A DNA stretch of 50,685 nucleotides. Origin: Bdellovibrionota bacterium. Its GTDB lineage: Bacteria > Bdellovibrionota_C > UBA2361 > JBGSMV01. The stretch covers positions 1-50,685 of the forward strand of contig JBGSMV010000020.1 of the NCBI GenBank assembly GCA_041739995.1, given 5' to 3'. This document shows positions 18,250 through 26,350 of the stretch, one piece after another; position 1 is the first letter of the stretch; every line of letters begins with the position of its first letter. A model generated the notes under the pieces. That model searched no databases. It was not told the origin of the DNA and saw only the letters and a program-made list of their open reading frames with translations. A program made the position numbers and the translations under genes.

Positions 18250-19602
18250 ATGTTTGCGCTTGAAGTTAGTTTCCAAGATGGCGTCTCGCAGCCCGAGATG
18301 ATCTTCATTCGACGCCCCCAAGGGGTGATCGGCTCCTCTGACTATGCGCATGTTGTTATTGAAGATCTTAAGGCGCTGGGCTGTCAGCTCCGACTGGTTC
18401 GTGATCTCGGACGAAAGTTTAAGTGCAAACCCTTGGCGAATGTTGAAGGAGCCGCTCTCCCGACTGCGTTTGAGGGAACCTACGATGGGCATGCGGACTT
18501 GGATCTTGGATCGGTCAAGCTGCATGTGACCACTCTCGATTTTGATTTGCTTCTTCGCGAGAGTGAGCCACCCGATCGCGCCGGTGTGCGTGTGCTTCGT
18601 CAATCTTGCGCGTTGCCCGGTCCGATGTTTCCCGCAGTGCTTGTGCGCGGTTCTCCGCCGATGGTTGTTTCGTTTGTCCCTGATCAACCAATTTATGTGG
18701 GCAGATCAAAGCAGTGCGCCCTTCGACTCGACAACGCTGATATTTCCGCTAAGCATGCGCGACTGGGATATGAAGCGGGCGAGTTCTGGATAGAAGATCT
18801 GGGTTCGACCAACGGCACGTTCGTTAATCATCAACAAATTTCAGGCCGAATGAACGTTGCGCCCGCGACAGCGATTATTCTTGGACGCGAAGTGACCCTG
18901 GTGGGGGTTACCTCACAGGATCAGCTCGATCAGGCAGCCAATGCGGGAGCGGAATTGAGCGCACGAGCGCCCGCTTCTGAGAAGCGCTACCCCGTGCTTG
19001 TCTCGGTGTCAGAAGTTGCCAGACCCGCAAGAGTCGCATTGTCCCCCGGAGTTTCGGTGGTGGTAGGGCGCGATCCTGGATGTGACATGTGGCTCGGTGC
19101 CCCGCACGTCTCTCGCCGACACTGTGTAGTCTCCATGAGCAAAACCGGAACGCTGCAAGTGCAAGACTCAAGCACGAACGGTACCGGGCATGAGGAGGGT
19201 GTGCTCAAACGTGGTGAGGTCATGGCAATCACCGGTGCTCCTCGAGTCTTCGATTTTGGCGGAGGGGTCACTTTGGCGATATGCTTTAGTGAGCAACAAG
19301 AGCGTGAGTTCTCTGGTGCCAGCGGCAGTTTGTTTACGTTTCGTCCGCCACCGGAAGGTCCGAGAGGACAAGCTTCCGCAGAGGTGCCGGGGCAACGACA
19401 GACGCCGGGCTCAATGGCGTTGTCGATGGCGCGAAGTTCTGCACACGTGCCCGCCCAAAAGGACCAAGGATTTACGGAGCAGCTTTTAGACTATTACCGT
19501 GCGCTTTCGCCAACGGGGCGAGTAATACTTACGTTACTATTTGTTCTGCTTGCGGTGTTGAGTGGAGTACTTTTAAGCCTGGTGTGGGGAATGATTCGCT
19601 AA
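18250..19602 (+). CDS. Tandem FHA-domain protein with a C-terminal membrane anchor (SctD-cytoplasmic-like position)
   Basis: FHA1 VGRSKQC...ISAKHA...DLGSTNGTFVN; FHA2 VGRDPGC...VSRRHC...SSTNGT; possible degenerate N-terminal FHA; TM helix at the extreme C-terminus. Confidence 0.85.
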   Translation: MFALEVSFQDGVSQPEMIFIRRPQGVIGSSDYAHVVIEDLKALGCQLRLVRDLGRKFKCKPLANVEGAALPTAFEGTYDGHADLDLGSVKLHVTTLDFDLLLRESEPPDRAGVRVLRQSCALPGPMFPAVLVRGSPPMVVSFVPDQPIYVGRSKQCALRLDNADISAKHARLGYEAGEFWIEDLGSTNGTFVNHQQISGRMNVAPATAIILGREVTLVGVTSQDQLDQAANAGAELSARAPASEKRYPVLVSVSEVARPARVALSPGVSVVVGRDPGCDMWLGAPHVSRRHCVVSMSKTGTLQVQDSSTNGTGHEEGVLKRGEVMAITGAPRVFDFGGGVTLAICFSEQQEREFSGASGSLFTFRPPPEGPRGQASAEVPGQRQTPGSMALSMARSSAHVPAQKDQGFTEQLLDYYRALSPTGRVILTLLFVLLAVLSGVLLSLVWGMIR

Positions 19603-19718
19603 GTAACGCGAGAGGTCAGCGAGAAATTTGAAGTTGAGGAAAACTTGTAGCAAGCCGGTTGTACCGAAGATTTGTTCAGGGGTTTTGAGAATAGCGTTTT
19701 TCACGGGAGTGGTAGCTT

Positions 19719-21014
19719 ATGTCTACAGATAGCACAGAGTTGGCGTTTGTTCGTTGTCCTTCTTGTCGGAGTCTTGTTCCCGCGGTCTCGACGCGCTGCC
19801 GTATGTGCGGTGAGACACTAGATCCTTCACAACAAAAACCGGAAGAGGGGTCAGGCGAATCTGCAAAGAGCGGACGTGTTCGCCAGAGAACCACCGCAAC
19901 CTCAAGCAGTGACTTGTCTGCTGCCGCTGGGCTCATTCGGCAGGAAATGGAGGGAACGCCCAAAGAGGCATTAAAAGTCAGTGCGGAGTCAGACGAGGAA
20001 GGCCTTCCTGAGCAATCGTCAGAAGGCCCGGCGGGCGCTGCCAAGCCTGAAGATACTAGTGCGCTGAGCGATGAAGATCCACTGAGTGCTTATATTCAAG
20101 AGGTAGATCTCGACGTGGAGGCACCGGCACCTAAGGGTTCCTCCAATGGTAGTGCGCACGCGGAGGCGGCTGTAGGTGCTGCGTCGACTGGGGCAGAGAG
20201 TTCCGGATCAACTGCTTCATCTTCTTCGGAGGGTAGCAAGCAGAGAGTGATTGTCGAGAGCGGATCGCGCAGAAACAAGCCTTCTGGGCTTTCATTCGGC
20301 GGTTCAAAACGAAGGGAAGATGTGCCTGAAGCTTCTGCGCGCGAGGAAGAGTGGAAGCCGGTTGGAGACCGTCCACGCCCCGCTAAGGAGCAGCAACCAG
20401 CTCGCGCGGACGATCGACGCGGCGGGGGCAATGATCGTCGGGAGAAGACGGACGATCGTCGAACGGCGCCACGTAGCCAGGAAAGAGGCCAGGAAAGACA
20501 GCAGGAGAGAAATCAAGAGAGAAGTCAGGAGCCTACAAGTCGACAGGAGCGCGCTATGGAACGCAATCAGGGGGAAAGAGGATCGGCCGAGCGAAATGAG
20601 AGACCACGTGATGGTGGGCGCAGCGAGTCGGGCCGTCGCTCAGACTCAGTAGAGTTTACTCAGCCGGGTACCGGAAAGTTGGTTGGATGGCTTGTAAACT
20701 ACTCTGATCCTAAAGGCGTTGCTGCTGAGTTACGTGAGGGACGGTTTTTTGTTTCTGGAACGAGTCTTAAACCTACTGACTTCGTGTTGAGTGACCCAAC
20801 AGTCTCAACTCCGCATGCGATGGTCGCTGCCGGAGCTCATGAGGGTTTGAGGGTGCAGGATCTCATGAGTGATCGTGGAGTCTGGGTGAAGCGTCGCTCG
20901 CATGAGAGCTTCCAACGGGTAAATGACGCGGTGAAGGTTGACCATGGGGATTGGCTGCGTTTTGGCGAAGTTGAATTTCTCGTGTGTCTAGTTGGCGCGG
21001 GAGCGGCTAAGTAA
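19719..21014 (+). CDS. Zinc-ribbon, disordered charged linker, degenerate FHA protein
   Basis: CPSC...CRMC; S/E/R/Q-rich middle; C-terminal LVGWLV...LSDPTVSTPHA...QDLMSDRGVWV...HGDWLRFGEV. Confidence 0.8.
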   Translation: MSTDSTELAFVRCPSCRSLVPAVSTRCRMCGETLDPSQQKPEEGSGESAKSGRVRQRTTATSSSDLSAAAGLIRQEMEGTPKEALKVSAESDEEGLPEQSSEGPAGAAKPEDTSALSDEDPLSAYIQEVDLDVEAPAPKGSSNGSAHAEAAVGAASTGAESSGSTASSSSEGSKQRVIVESGSRRNKPSGLSFGGSKRREDVPEASAREEEWKPVGDRPRPAKEQQPARADDRRGGGNDRREKTDDRRTAPRSQERGQERQQERNQERSQEPTSRQERAMERNQGERGSAERNERPRDGGRSESGRRSDSVEFTQPGTGKLVGWLVNYSDPKGVAAELREGRFFVSGTSLKPTDFVLSDPTVSTPHAMVAAGAHEGLRVQDLMSDRGVWVKRRSHESFQRVNDAVKVDHGDWLRFGEVEFLVCLVGAGAAK

Positions 21015-21038
21015 CAGTTAACCGGAGCGTATTGGCTA

Positions 21039-21953
21039 ATGGAGCGATTCAGGGTTTGGCGTTTGTTCGCCGTGGTCGTGTTAAGTTGCTGCTGCCTGAC
21101 AGGGTGCGGCGACGCGACCTTGCGCGATAGCCTCACCCAGGAACAAGCTAACGAGATCGTCGCTGCTTTGGTGGAGCGTGGAGTCCACGGTGTAGTTGAG
21201 CGTGAGACCGGGGGACGAGGGAAATATCGCGTCGGAGTTAAGCGCGGCAATTACTCTGAAGCAGTTTCGATTGTCCATGAACTGAAACTTCCTTCTGAAC
21301 CCCGTACTTCTTTCGCTGAGTTGATTGCACCGCGGGGATTGATGCCCGATCCGCGTGAAGTTGAGGCGCTAAGACTGGATCGCGCCATTGCGGCGGAAGT
21401 CGAGGAGGCATTACAAAGCGACCCATCAGTGGCTTCAGTTCGCGTGGTTGTGCGCCTTAACTCGGTCCTCTCAGCGAACTCAGAGAATTCAAATGGCACT
21501 GGTGCTGCGGTACTACTGCGGCTTCGAGACGGATCAAGTCTCAATAAAGAATCTCTGAAGACGATTCTTAAACAGACTTTGCCTGGCATTGAGGAAAGTC
21601 GCATCGTCTTAGAAGTCTTTCACGAAGCTGCCAAGAGCGTGGTGTCCAACGGGACCGAAGGGGTGGCTCGAATCGCGGGAGGACAGCTGCGCAAGGTGCC
21701 CCTGACTGAGTTTTTATGGCTTTGGCGCGTTCCTGAGGATGAATACAATAGTCTTGCTGGCTGGCTCATGCTGGGGATTATTGGAGTATTCGTACTTGGG
21801 ATCTCGCTGGGGTCCTTGCTGACATCAGCTCGCATTGCAGCGCGTGAGCCGAGTGCTGGAGTGAAGGGTTCTACTGCACGAGCACTTGGCAGCAGATCGG
21901 AGCGGAGCCGAAAAGAGCTTCCGGAAGCGCCTAAGGATGTAGGAGGCAATTAA
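21039..21953 (+). CDS. sctJ: T3SS inner-membrane ring lipoprotein (SctJ/YscJ family)
   Basis: LTGC lipobox; LTQEQANEIVAALVERG; LP...SFAELIAPRGLMP...AEVEEALQSDPSVASVRVVV; AVLLR; one C-terminal TM. Size and lipobox fit SctJ rather than FliF. Confidence 0.85.
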   Translation: MERFRVWRLFAVVVLSCCCLTGCGDATLRDSLTQEQANEIVAALVERGVHGVVERETGGRGKYRVGVKRGNYSEAVSIVHELKLPSEPRTSFAELIAPRGLMPDPREVEALRLDRAIAAEVEEALQSDPSVASVRVVVRLNSVLSANSENSNGTGAAVLLRLRDGSSLNKESLKTILKQTLPGIEESRIVLEVFHEAAKSVVSNGTEGVARIAGGQLRKVPLTEFLWLWRVPEDEYNSLAGWLMLGIIGVFVLGISLGSLLTSARIAAREPSAGVKGSTARALGSRSERSRKELPEAPKDVGGN

Positions 21954-22178
21954 GTGGTAGACACGCAACGATTTAGAAGTCTTAGTGCAGAGCACAGAGC
22001 GCTCGTCGCAGTGGCGGTACTGCTTGATGGTCGCGAAGCTGGAATGTATCTTGAGAATGATGCGGTCAATGGTGCGGGCCTAAAGCGAGCCGCTCTTGAT
22101 TTGGCGGGAGTCACTCCTGAGCTGCGTATGCCACTTGTGGGGACTTTGCTGCGTGATGCGCTTGAGGAGAAAGCGTGA
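21954..22178 (+). CDS. Small helical protein at the SctK position
   Basis: 74 aa, abuts sctJ and overlaps the next gene (GTGA); GGAGG RBS; function inferred from position only. Confidence 0.55.
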   Translation: MVDTQRFRSLSAEHRALVAVAVLLDGREAGMYLENDAVNGAGLKRAALDLAGVTPELRMPLVGTLLRDALEEKA

Positions 22179-22495
22179 GTGAGGCTTCAGGGGATCGGGA
22201 ATCCCTTGAGCGAGAATTTGCTCAGGTGATGAGGGAGTTAGAGCGGCGCGAGTATCAGCTGGCGCAGCTCGAGAAGAATTTAGGGGAATCTGAAGGAGTG
22301 CTCCGAGGGGTTGACCAGGAACACATGATACGGGTCGGGGATGTTATTGCATTGCAGCAGGCGGAAGTTCGTCGCAAGAGTGTGACGAAGGACATTGCTC
22401 AGTTTACCCGCAAGCTAGAAGAAGCGCGCGAAGATGTGCGTAGAGCACGTGAGAGGCGCGACGAGGTAGAAGCAGAACTTAAAGCCTTGCCATAG
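22175..22495 (+). CDS. Coiled-coil protein, SctO/FliJ-like
   Basis: Charged heptad-rich 106-aa sequence located just before sctQ. Confidence 0.55.
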   Translation: MSEASGDRESLEREFAQVMRELERREYQLAQLEKNLGESEGVLRGVDQEHMIRVGDVIALQQAEVRRKSVTKDIAQFTRKLEEAREDVRRARERRDEVEAELKALP

Positions 22496-22519
22496 AGGGC
22501 TATAGGAAAGGGAATACTA

Positions 22520-23575
22520 GTGCAGGAAGGCGGAGATTCATCTGGGGAGCAGTCGTCGGGGGGGCAATCTTCCTCTGACGGTCTTATACCCTGGGACCCG
22601 CGCAGGTCTCTGCGGAAGTTAGACCCTCACGAGGTGCGACTTTCGAGAGGATTCCTGCGTTGTAGACCAGAGAAATGGTTTCCTGCATTTCCGGCTCATT
22701 GGCTACCACTTGCCCATTCGCTGGGTATCGATTTTCGTCTTACCGAAGCAAAACCAGGCTTGGCGCTGCCTAAAGGACTAGCGACCGCCTTCGCGTGTAG
22801 TGTTGATGACGAACCGCTAGGCATTTTCCTTGATGATGTTGCCACTAACGTGGTGTTGGAAGCACTCATTCCAGGCGGATCTCCTCAGGCCAATCGGGTA
22901 GTGGGAGAATATCTAGCGCGCAGGCTTTTGGTCAGCCTCGAGTCATCATGGAGCGGTCCTGAGTCTTCAGTCGTTCGCTTCGAAAGTGAACGCTCTCCTT
23001 TCGACATCGACCCGCAGGGAGTCGTGAAATTATCCTTTGAGATTCAGCGTAATCCAGCGTCCGTGTGGTTGGCGCTCGGTAAGGGACTGGTCGATCGGCT
23101 TGATAGTTTGTGGCGCAGACAGGTGCGATCTGTCTCGCGTTTAGCCGAAAGTGAAGGTGATGTGCATCTCGAACTGGCTCAGCTGGCGGTGCCGCCGGCC
23201 ATGCTGGTTGATTACCTCAAGCCCGGTTCAGTGATAGATTTGGAAGTGCCTGCATCAGATCAGGTAGTGATACGTTTTGCAGGGAAGCCGTTTCTTCCTG
23301 GTCGTTTAGGCGACATTCAGGGCAGGATTGGCGTTGAAGTGCTTTCTGGGCCAGTTCCCCCATCTTCGATTCCAGAGGGAACTACGCGACTCTCTGTGGC
23401 CAGTGCGATTTTTAAAATGGAGGGCACCCAAATGGCAGAGCTCTCCCAGCCTGGGGCAGCCTGGGACACGGGCGTGAGCCTTGGCGATGTGGTCGCAGTC
23501 GTAATCAACGGCGAGAAGGTAGCCGACGCCAGACTGTGCTTGTTCGAAGGCCGGCTCGCCATCAGCGTTCTTTAG
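22520..23575 (+). CDS. sctQ: Sorting platform / C-ring protein with two SpoA domains (SctQ; FliM/FliN-like)
   Basis: SpoA1 LKPGSVIDL...VVIRFAGKPFLPGRLGDIQGRIGVEV; SpoA2 LSQPGAAWDTG...VVINGEKVADARLCLFEGRLAISV. Confidence 0.78.
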   Translation: MQEGGDSSGEQSSGGQSSSDGLIPWDPRRSLRKLDPHEVRLSRGFLRCRPEKWFPAFPAHWLPLAHSLGIDFRLTEAKPGLALPKGLATAFACSVDDEPLGIFLDDVATNVVLEALIPGGSPQANRVVGEYLARRLLVSLESSWSGPESSVVRFESERSPFDIDPQGVVKLSFEIQRNPASVWLALGKGLVDRLDSLWRRQVRSVSRLAESEGDVHLELAQLAVPPAMLVDYLKPGSVIDLEVPASDQVVIRFAGKPFLPGRLGDIQGRIGVEVLSGPVPPSSIPEGTTRLSVASAIFKMEGTQMAELSQPGAAWDTGVSLGDVVAVVINGEKVADARLCLFEGRLAISVL

Positions 23576-23702
23576 GGAACCTCTGAAATAACCCGTGTTT
23601 CTATCTTCGTGCGCTTTGTGGTCTTCGTGGTTTAATCAAATTTAGGCCAATTCCTGGAGCTTGCTTGCACCACTAAGATTTAGTTTTTCCGAGCTTCCTT
23701 AG
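23572..23702. mobile_element. MITE-like element, family A copy 2 (TTAG target duplication, inserted at the sctQ stop codon)
   Basis: TTAG at 23572-23575 and 23699-23702; TIRs ggaacctctgaaataac / gtttttccgagcttcc; interior nearly identical to 855-985. Confidence 0.8.
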
Positions 23703-23776
23703 CTTCGCACCTCCCTTAGTAGACTATCAGGGACAACTCCCGGCATTGGTGCCCTTCGACGGAGGGTTTCCCGGAT

Positions 23777-24430
23777 GTGGGGCTTGGCCATATAGTCTCA
23801 GGTATGGAGACCTTACCGGCCTTTATCGGTGGCCTATTTCTAATTCTATTACTGACTTCCTTTACCAAGGTTTTCACCGTCCTCAGTATCGTGCGCGTTG
23901 GCGTTGGGCTCGAGGGCCTCGGCATGGGGGCAATCGTGGCCGGATTCTCACTGTTGGTGACGTTCGTCGTTATGCAACCACAGCTAGAACCTATTGGAGG
24001 ACTGCAAGCATTGCTTGAGGGCAAGCTTCGAGCAGAAGACCGGGTAGTCACCACCCACCTTAAGCCCTTCTTAGAGAGAAACGCTGATGCTTCGGTGCGA
24101 GAGCGTCTTGCGAAGCTGCGCACTTCAAACGGTGTGAAACCAAAGGACGAGCCGAAATCGGACGGTGCTGCTGTTGAGAATCCACAGGACGACGATCTTT
24201 CGTTGGTCACACTTGCGTTCATGCTTACCGAGCTGCGTGAAGCCTTTGAGCTTGGGCTATTACTGCTGCTTCCTTTTGTGGTCATTGATTTGCTGGTGGT
24301 GAACATCATCACCGCGCTTGGGGTCACTGATTTTCCTGCACGCATTGCCAGCCTTCCGCTGAAACTTTTGCTTTTCGTAAGCATAGACGGGTGGACGCTC
24401 ATCACAGAGAAACTGCTGGGTGGTTACTGA
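23777..24430 (+). CDS. sctR: Export gate subunit SctR/FliP, divergent
   Basis: TSFTKVFTVLSIVR, AFMLTELREAFELG, LPFVVIDLLV, SLPLKLLLFVSIDGW; no FliP-type signal peptide; alternative start ATG 23804. Confidence 0.88.
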   Translation: MGLGHIVSGMETLPAFIGGLFLILLLTSFTKVFTVLSIVRVGVGLEGLGMGAIVAGFSLLVTFVVMQPQLEPIGGLQALLEGKLRAEDRVVTTHLKPFLERNADASVRERLAKLRTSNGVKPKDEPKSDGAAVENPQDDDLSLVTLAFMLTELREAFELGLLLLLPFVVIDLLVVNIITALGVTDFPARIASLPLKLLLFVSIDGWTLITEKLLGGY

Positions 24431-24446
24431 GGGGAGGCATGACGCT

Positions 24447-24695
24447 ATGGCATCGGCTGAATTGATAGAAGCATTCATTGATGCAATTCGAACCTTGGTG
24501 TTGCTGGGTTTGCCGCTGGTGTTGGCCTGTGTGGTGGGCGGCTCGCTGATGGGAATTATCCAATCAGCCACGTCAATCCATGAACCAGTGCTTGGATATG
24601 CCGCACGTCTTGGAGCAGTGGCGCTTGTTTTTTACCTGATGCTGCCGAGCTTTACTCAAAGCGTGCTCAGTCTGGCTGAGCGGGTATTCCGCTAG
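24447..24695 (+). CDS. sctS: Export gate subunit SctS/FliQ, divergent
   Basis: Two TM helices around MGIIQSATSIHEPVLGY (aligns to FQAxTQIQEQTLxF); follows sctR; GGAGG RBS. Confidence 0.8.
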   Translation: MASAELIEAFIDAIRTLVLLGLPLVLACVVGGSLMGIIQSATSIHEPVLGYAARLGAVALVFYLMLPSFTQSVLSLAERVFR

Positions 24696-24725
24696 AGACT
24701 TTGACGCCGAAGGGGAGAGAGTCTT

Positions 24726-25316
24726 TTGTTAATTGCCTGCCTTATAGTCCTGCTTCTTTTCTGGCCACTTGGCCTTGGGGCAATAGTGCTGCCGTGGATG
24801 GGGTTGTGTTGGGCACTGTGGGAATTTGCGCCTGAGCTTGTGCCAGAGCATGGCGAACCGGTGTGGTTGATGTTGTTCGTCGCCTCTGTTCCGCTTTGTG
24901 CCGGTATTGCAGCAATTCTTGTCGAAAGAATTTCAGGGTTGGTGGAAGGAATTCGCTCGCTTCGGCAAGTCGCCGCGCTTTCGAGCCTCGTGCTGCTCGC
25001 TTCTCATGCCGTTTGGAGTGATTTTCTTTTCCGCGGCATGATGCATACCGGTACGAACATAAGTCCTGCCGCCTCAGGAGCGTTGTTGCTGGCATTAGGA
25101 AATGCAGTGGTGTTCTGCAGTGTGCTTAGTGCGCTTGCAGTGACCGTTACCCAGTATGTGGTGCGCTGGGGGGTAGTGTGTGGGTTTCGGATGTCGGCGA
25201 TGAAGCTTACCTTACCATGGACTGCCATCACGTTGCTTGGGGCGGTGGTGATTGTGACTTTTTTGGGGCAGCAACTTTCGGCATTTTTTTGGCAAGAGTT
25301 TAGCGCGGTGAATTAA
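24726..25316 (+). CDS. Polytopic membrane protein at the SctT/FliR position, highly divergent
   Basis: 5-6 hydrophobic segments between sctS and sctU; shorter than typical SctT; motif similarity weak. Confidence 0.5.
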   Translation: MLIACLIVLLLFWPLGLGAIVLPWMGLCWALWEFAPELVPEHGEPVWLMLFVASVPLCAGIAAILVERISGLVEGIRSLRQVAALSSLVLLASHAVWSDFLFRGMMHTGTNISPAASGALLLALGNAVVFCSVLSALAVTVTQYVVRWGVVCGFRMSAMKLTLPWTAITLLGAVVIVTFLGQQLSAFFWQEFSAVN

Positions 25317-25325
25317 CGCGGTGCG

Positions 25326-25455
25326 CTAGTGTTCTAAGGAGAGAGTTCGATGAACTATTCTCGCCGCGCTCGCTGATCTCTTTGTGAAATTAATGAATTA
25401 CACAACGAGAACGGCGAGAGAAACACAAAAATGAATTTCTAACTCAAGGCACTAG
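25326..25455 (+). mobile_element. MITE-like element, family B copy 2
   Basis: Bounded by CTAG at both ends (ctagtgttctaag...aactcaaggcactag); core shared with copies 1 and 3. Confidence 0.8.
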
Positions 25456-25479
25456 AATTAGCAGAGATTGAGGCAAACT

Positions 25480-26157
25480 ATGGTAGGCGGAGACGAAACC
25501 GAGTGGCCAACAGCTCGAAAGCTTGAGCACCTTCGTTCGCAAGGAATTGTACCGCACTCGCGTTCTGCGGCGTTTTTGATGGTAGCGGCCGCTGCGGCTC
25601 TCACCTTGTGGGGTTTAACGGGCGAACTTTCAGCTTGGTGGGGCGAGTATCGCGGATTGATTTCAACCAGTGCAGAGTCAGGTGCGCAGTCGCTCGGTGC
25701 CTCTCGAGTTGAGACGGCGCTAGCGCCTTTCTTGGGCTTTTTTCTGCTTCCAGCCATAGCTGGTGCGCTTGGAGTACTGGTCCTTGGTATGTTTCAGAGT
25801 AGATTTTTGGTGCGCCTCGGTGCTTGTGGTTTCGACCTTTCACGGGTGATGTCGGGAAAGCAATTGCGGGGGTTTTCTGGGCGAAGTCTTGGAATGCTTC
25901 TGCGAGGGTACGCGGTGATTGCCGTGGTAGCGCTCTTAGGCTTCATGTTCTGGCCGCTCAGCACCTCGTTGACGGCGGTGGACCGCAGTGGCATCTCGCG
26001 CATTCCAGAGTTGGTACTTAGGGTGGCGGCGTTTGGGTTTGGGGTCATTGGAACCGCAATAGCGGTGATAGCTCTGGTGTGGAGCCATATTGAGTTTCGA
26101 CGTACTCATCGCATGACTCGGGCTGAGCTTCTCAGTGAAGCGCAGGATGATGGGTAG
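25480..26157 (+). CDS. sctU: SctU/FlhB membrane domain only (no NPTH cytoplasmic domain)
   Basis: ETEWPTARKLEHLRSQGIVPHS (the KTExPTxKKL...GQV motif), four TM segments, ends EFRRTHRMTRAELLSEAQDDG-stop. Confidence 0.8.
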   Translation: MVGGDETEWPTARKLEHLRSQGIVPHSRSAAFLMVAAAAALTLWGLTGELSAWWGEYRGLISTSAESGAQSLGASRVETALAPFLGFFLLPAIAGALGVLVLGMFQSRFLVRLGACGFDLSRVMSGKQLRGFSGRSLGMLLRGYAVIAVVALLGFMFWPLSTSLTAVDRSGISRIPELVLRVAAFGFGVIGTAIAVIALVWSHIEFRRTHRMTRAELLSEAQDDG

Positions 26158-26231
26158 TGAGGGAGCCTTTCAGATGTAGAGGGCTGATTTTGATCGAGCA
26201 GGCTCAGTGCACGTCTTCTGTACCATTCTTT

Positions 26232-26314
26232 TATTAACGCGGGGGTCGCGGTGGACACGGAGGGGGAAGTTCTTGCGGTTCTTCTCCGTGCCCTCTGCGT
26301 CCGCCGCGTTAATA
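26232..26314. repeat. REP-like long inverted repeat, family C copy 1, between convergent genes
   Basis: tattaacgcgggggtcgcggtggacacggag ... ctccgtgccctctgcgtccgccgcgttaata; the left arm recurs at 49594. Confidence 0.8.
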
Positions 26315-26350
26315 TATCTGCTATTACCTAAGAGAGAAACGTTCTCTCGT

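Noticed and set aside
21039..26157. Ordinary flagellar fliF/fliM/fliPQR/flhB operon
   Set aside because: The ring protein is a ~300-aa lipoprotein of SctJ type rather than a two-TM FliF, and there are no fliG, fliE, rod or hook genes. Not fully excluded without phylogeny.
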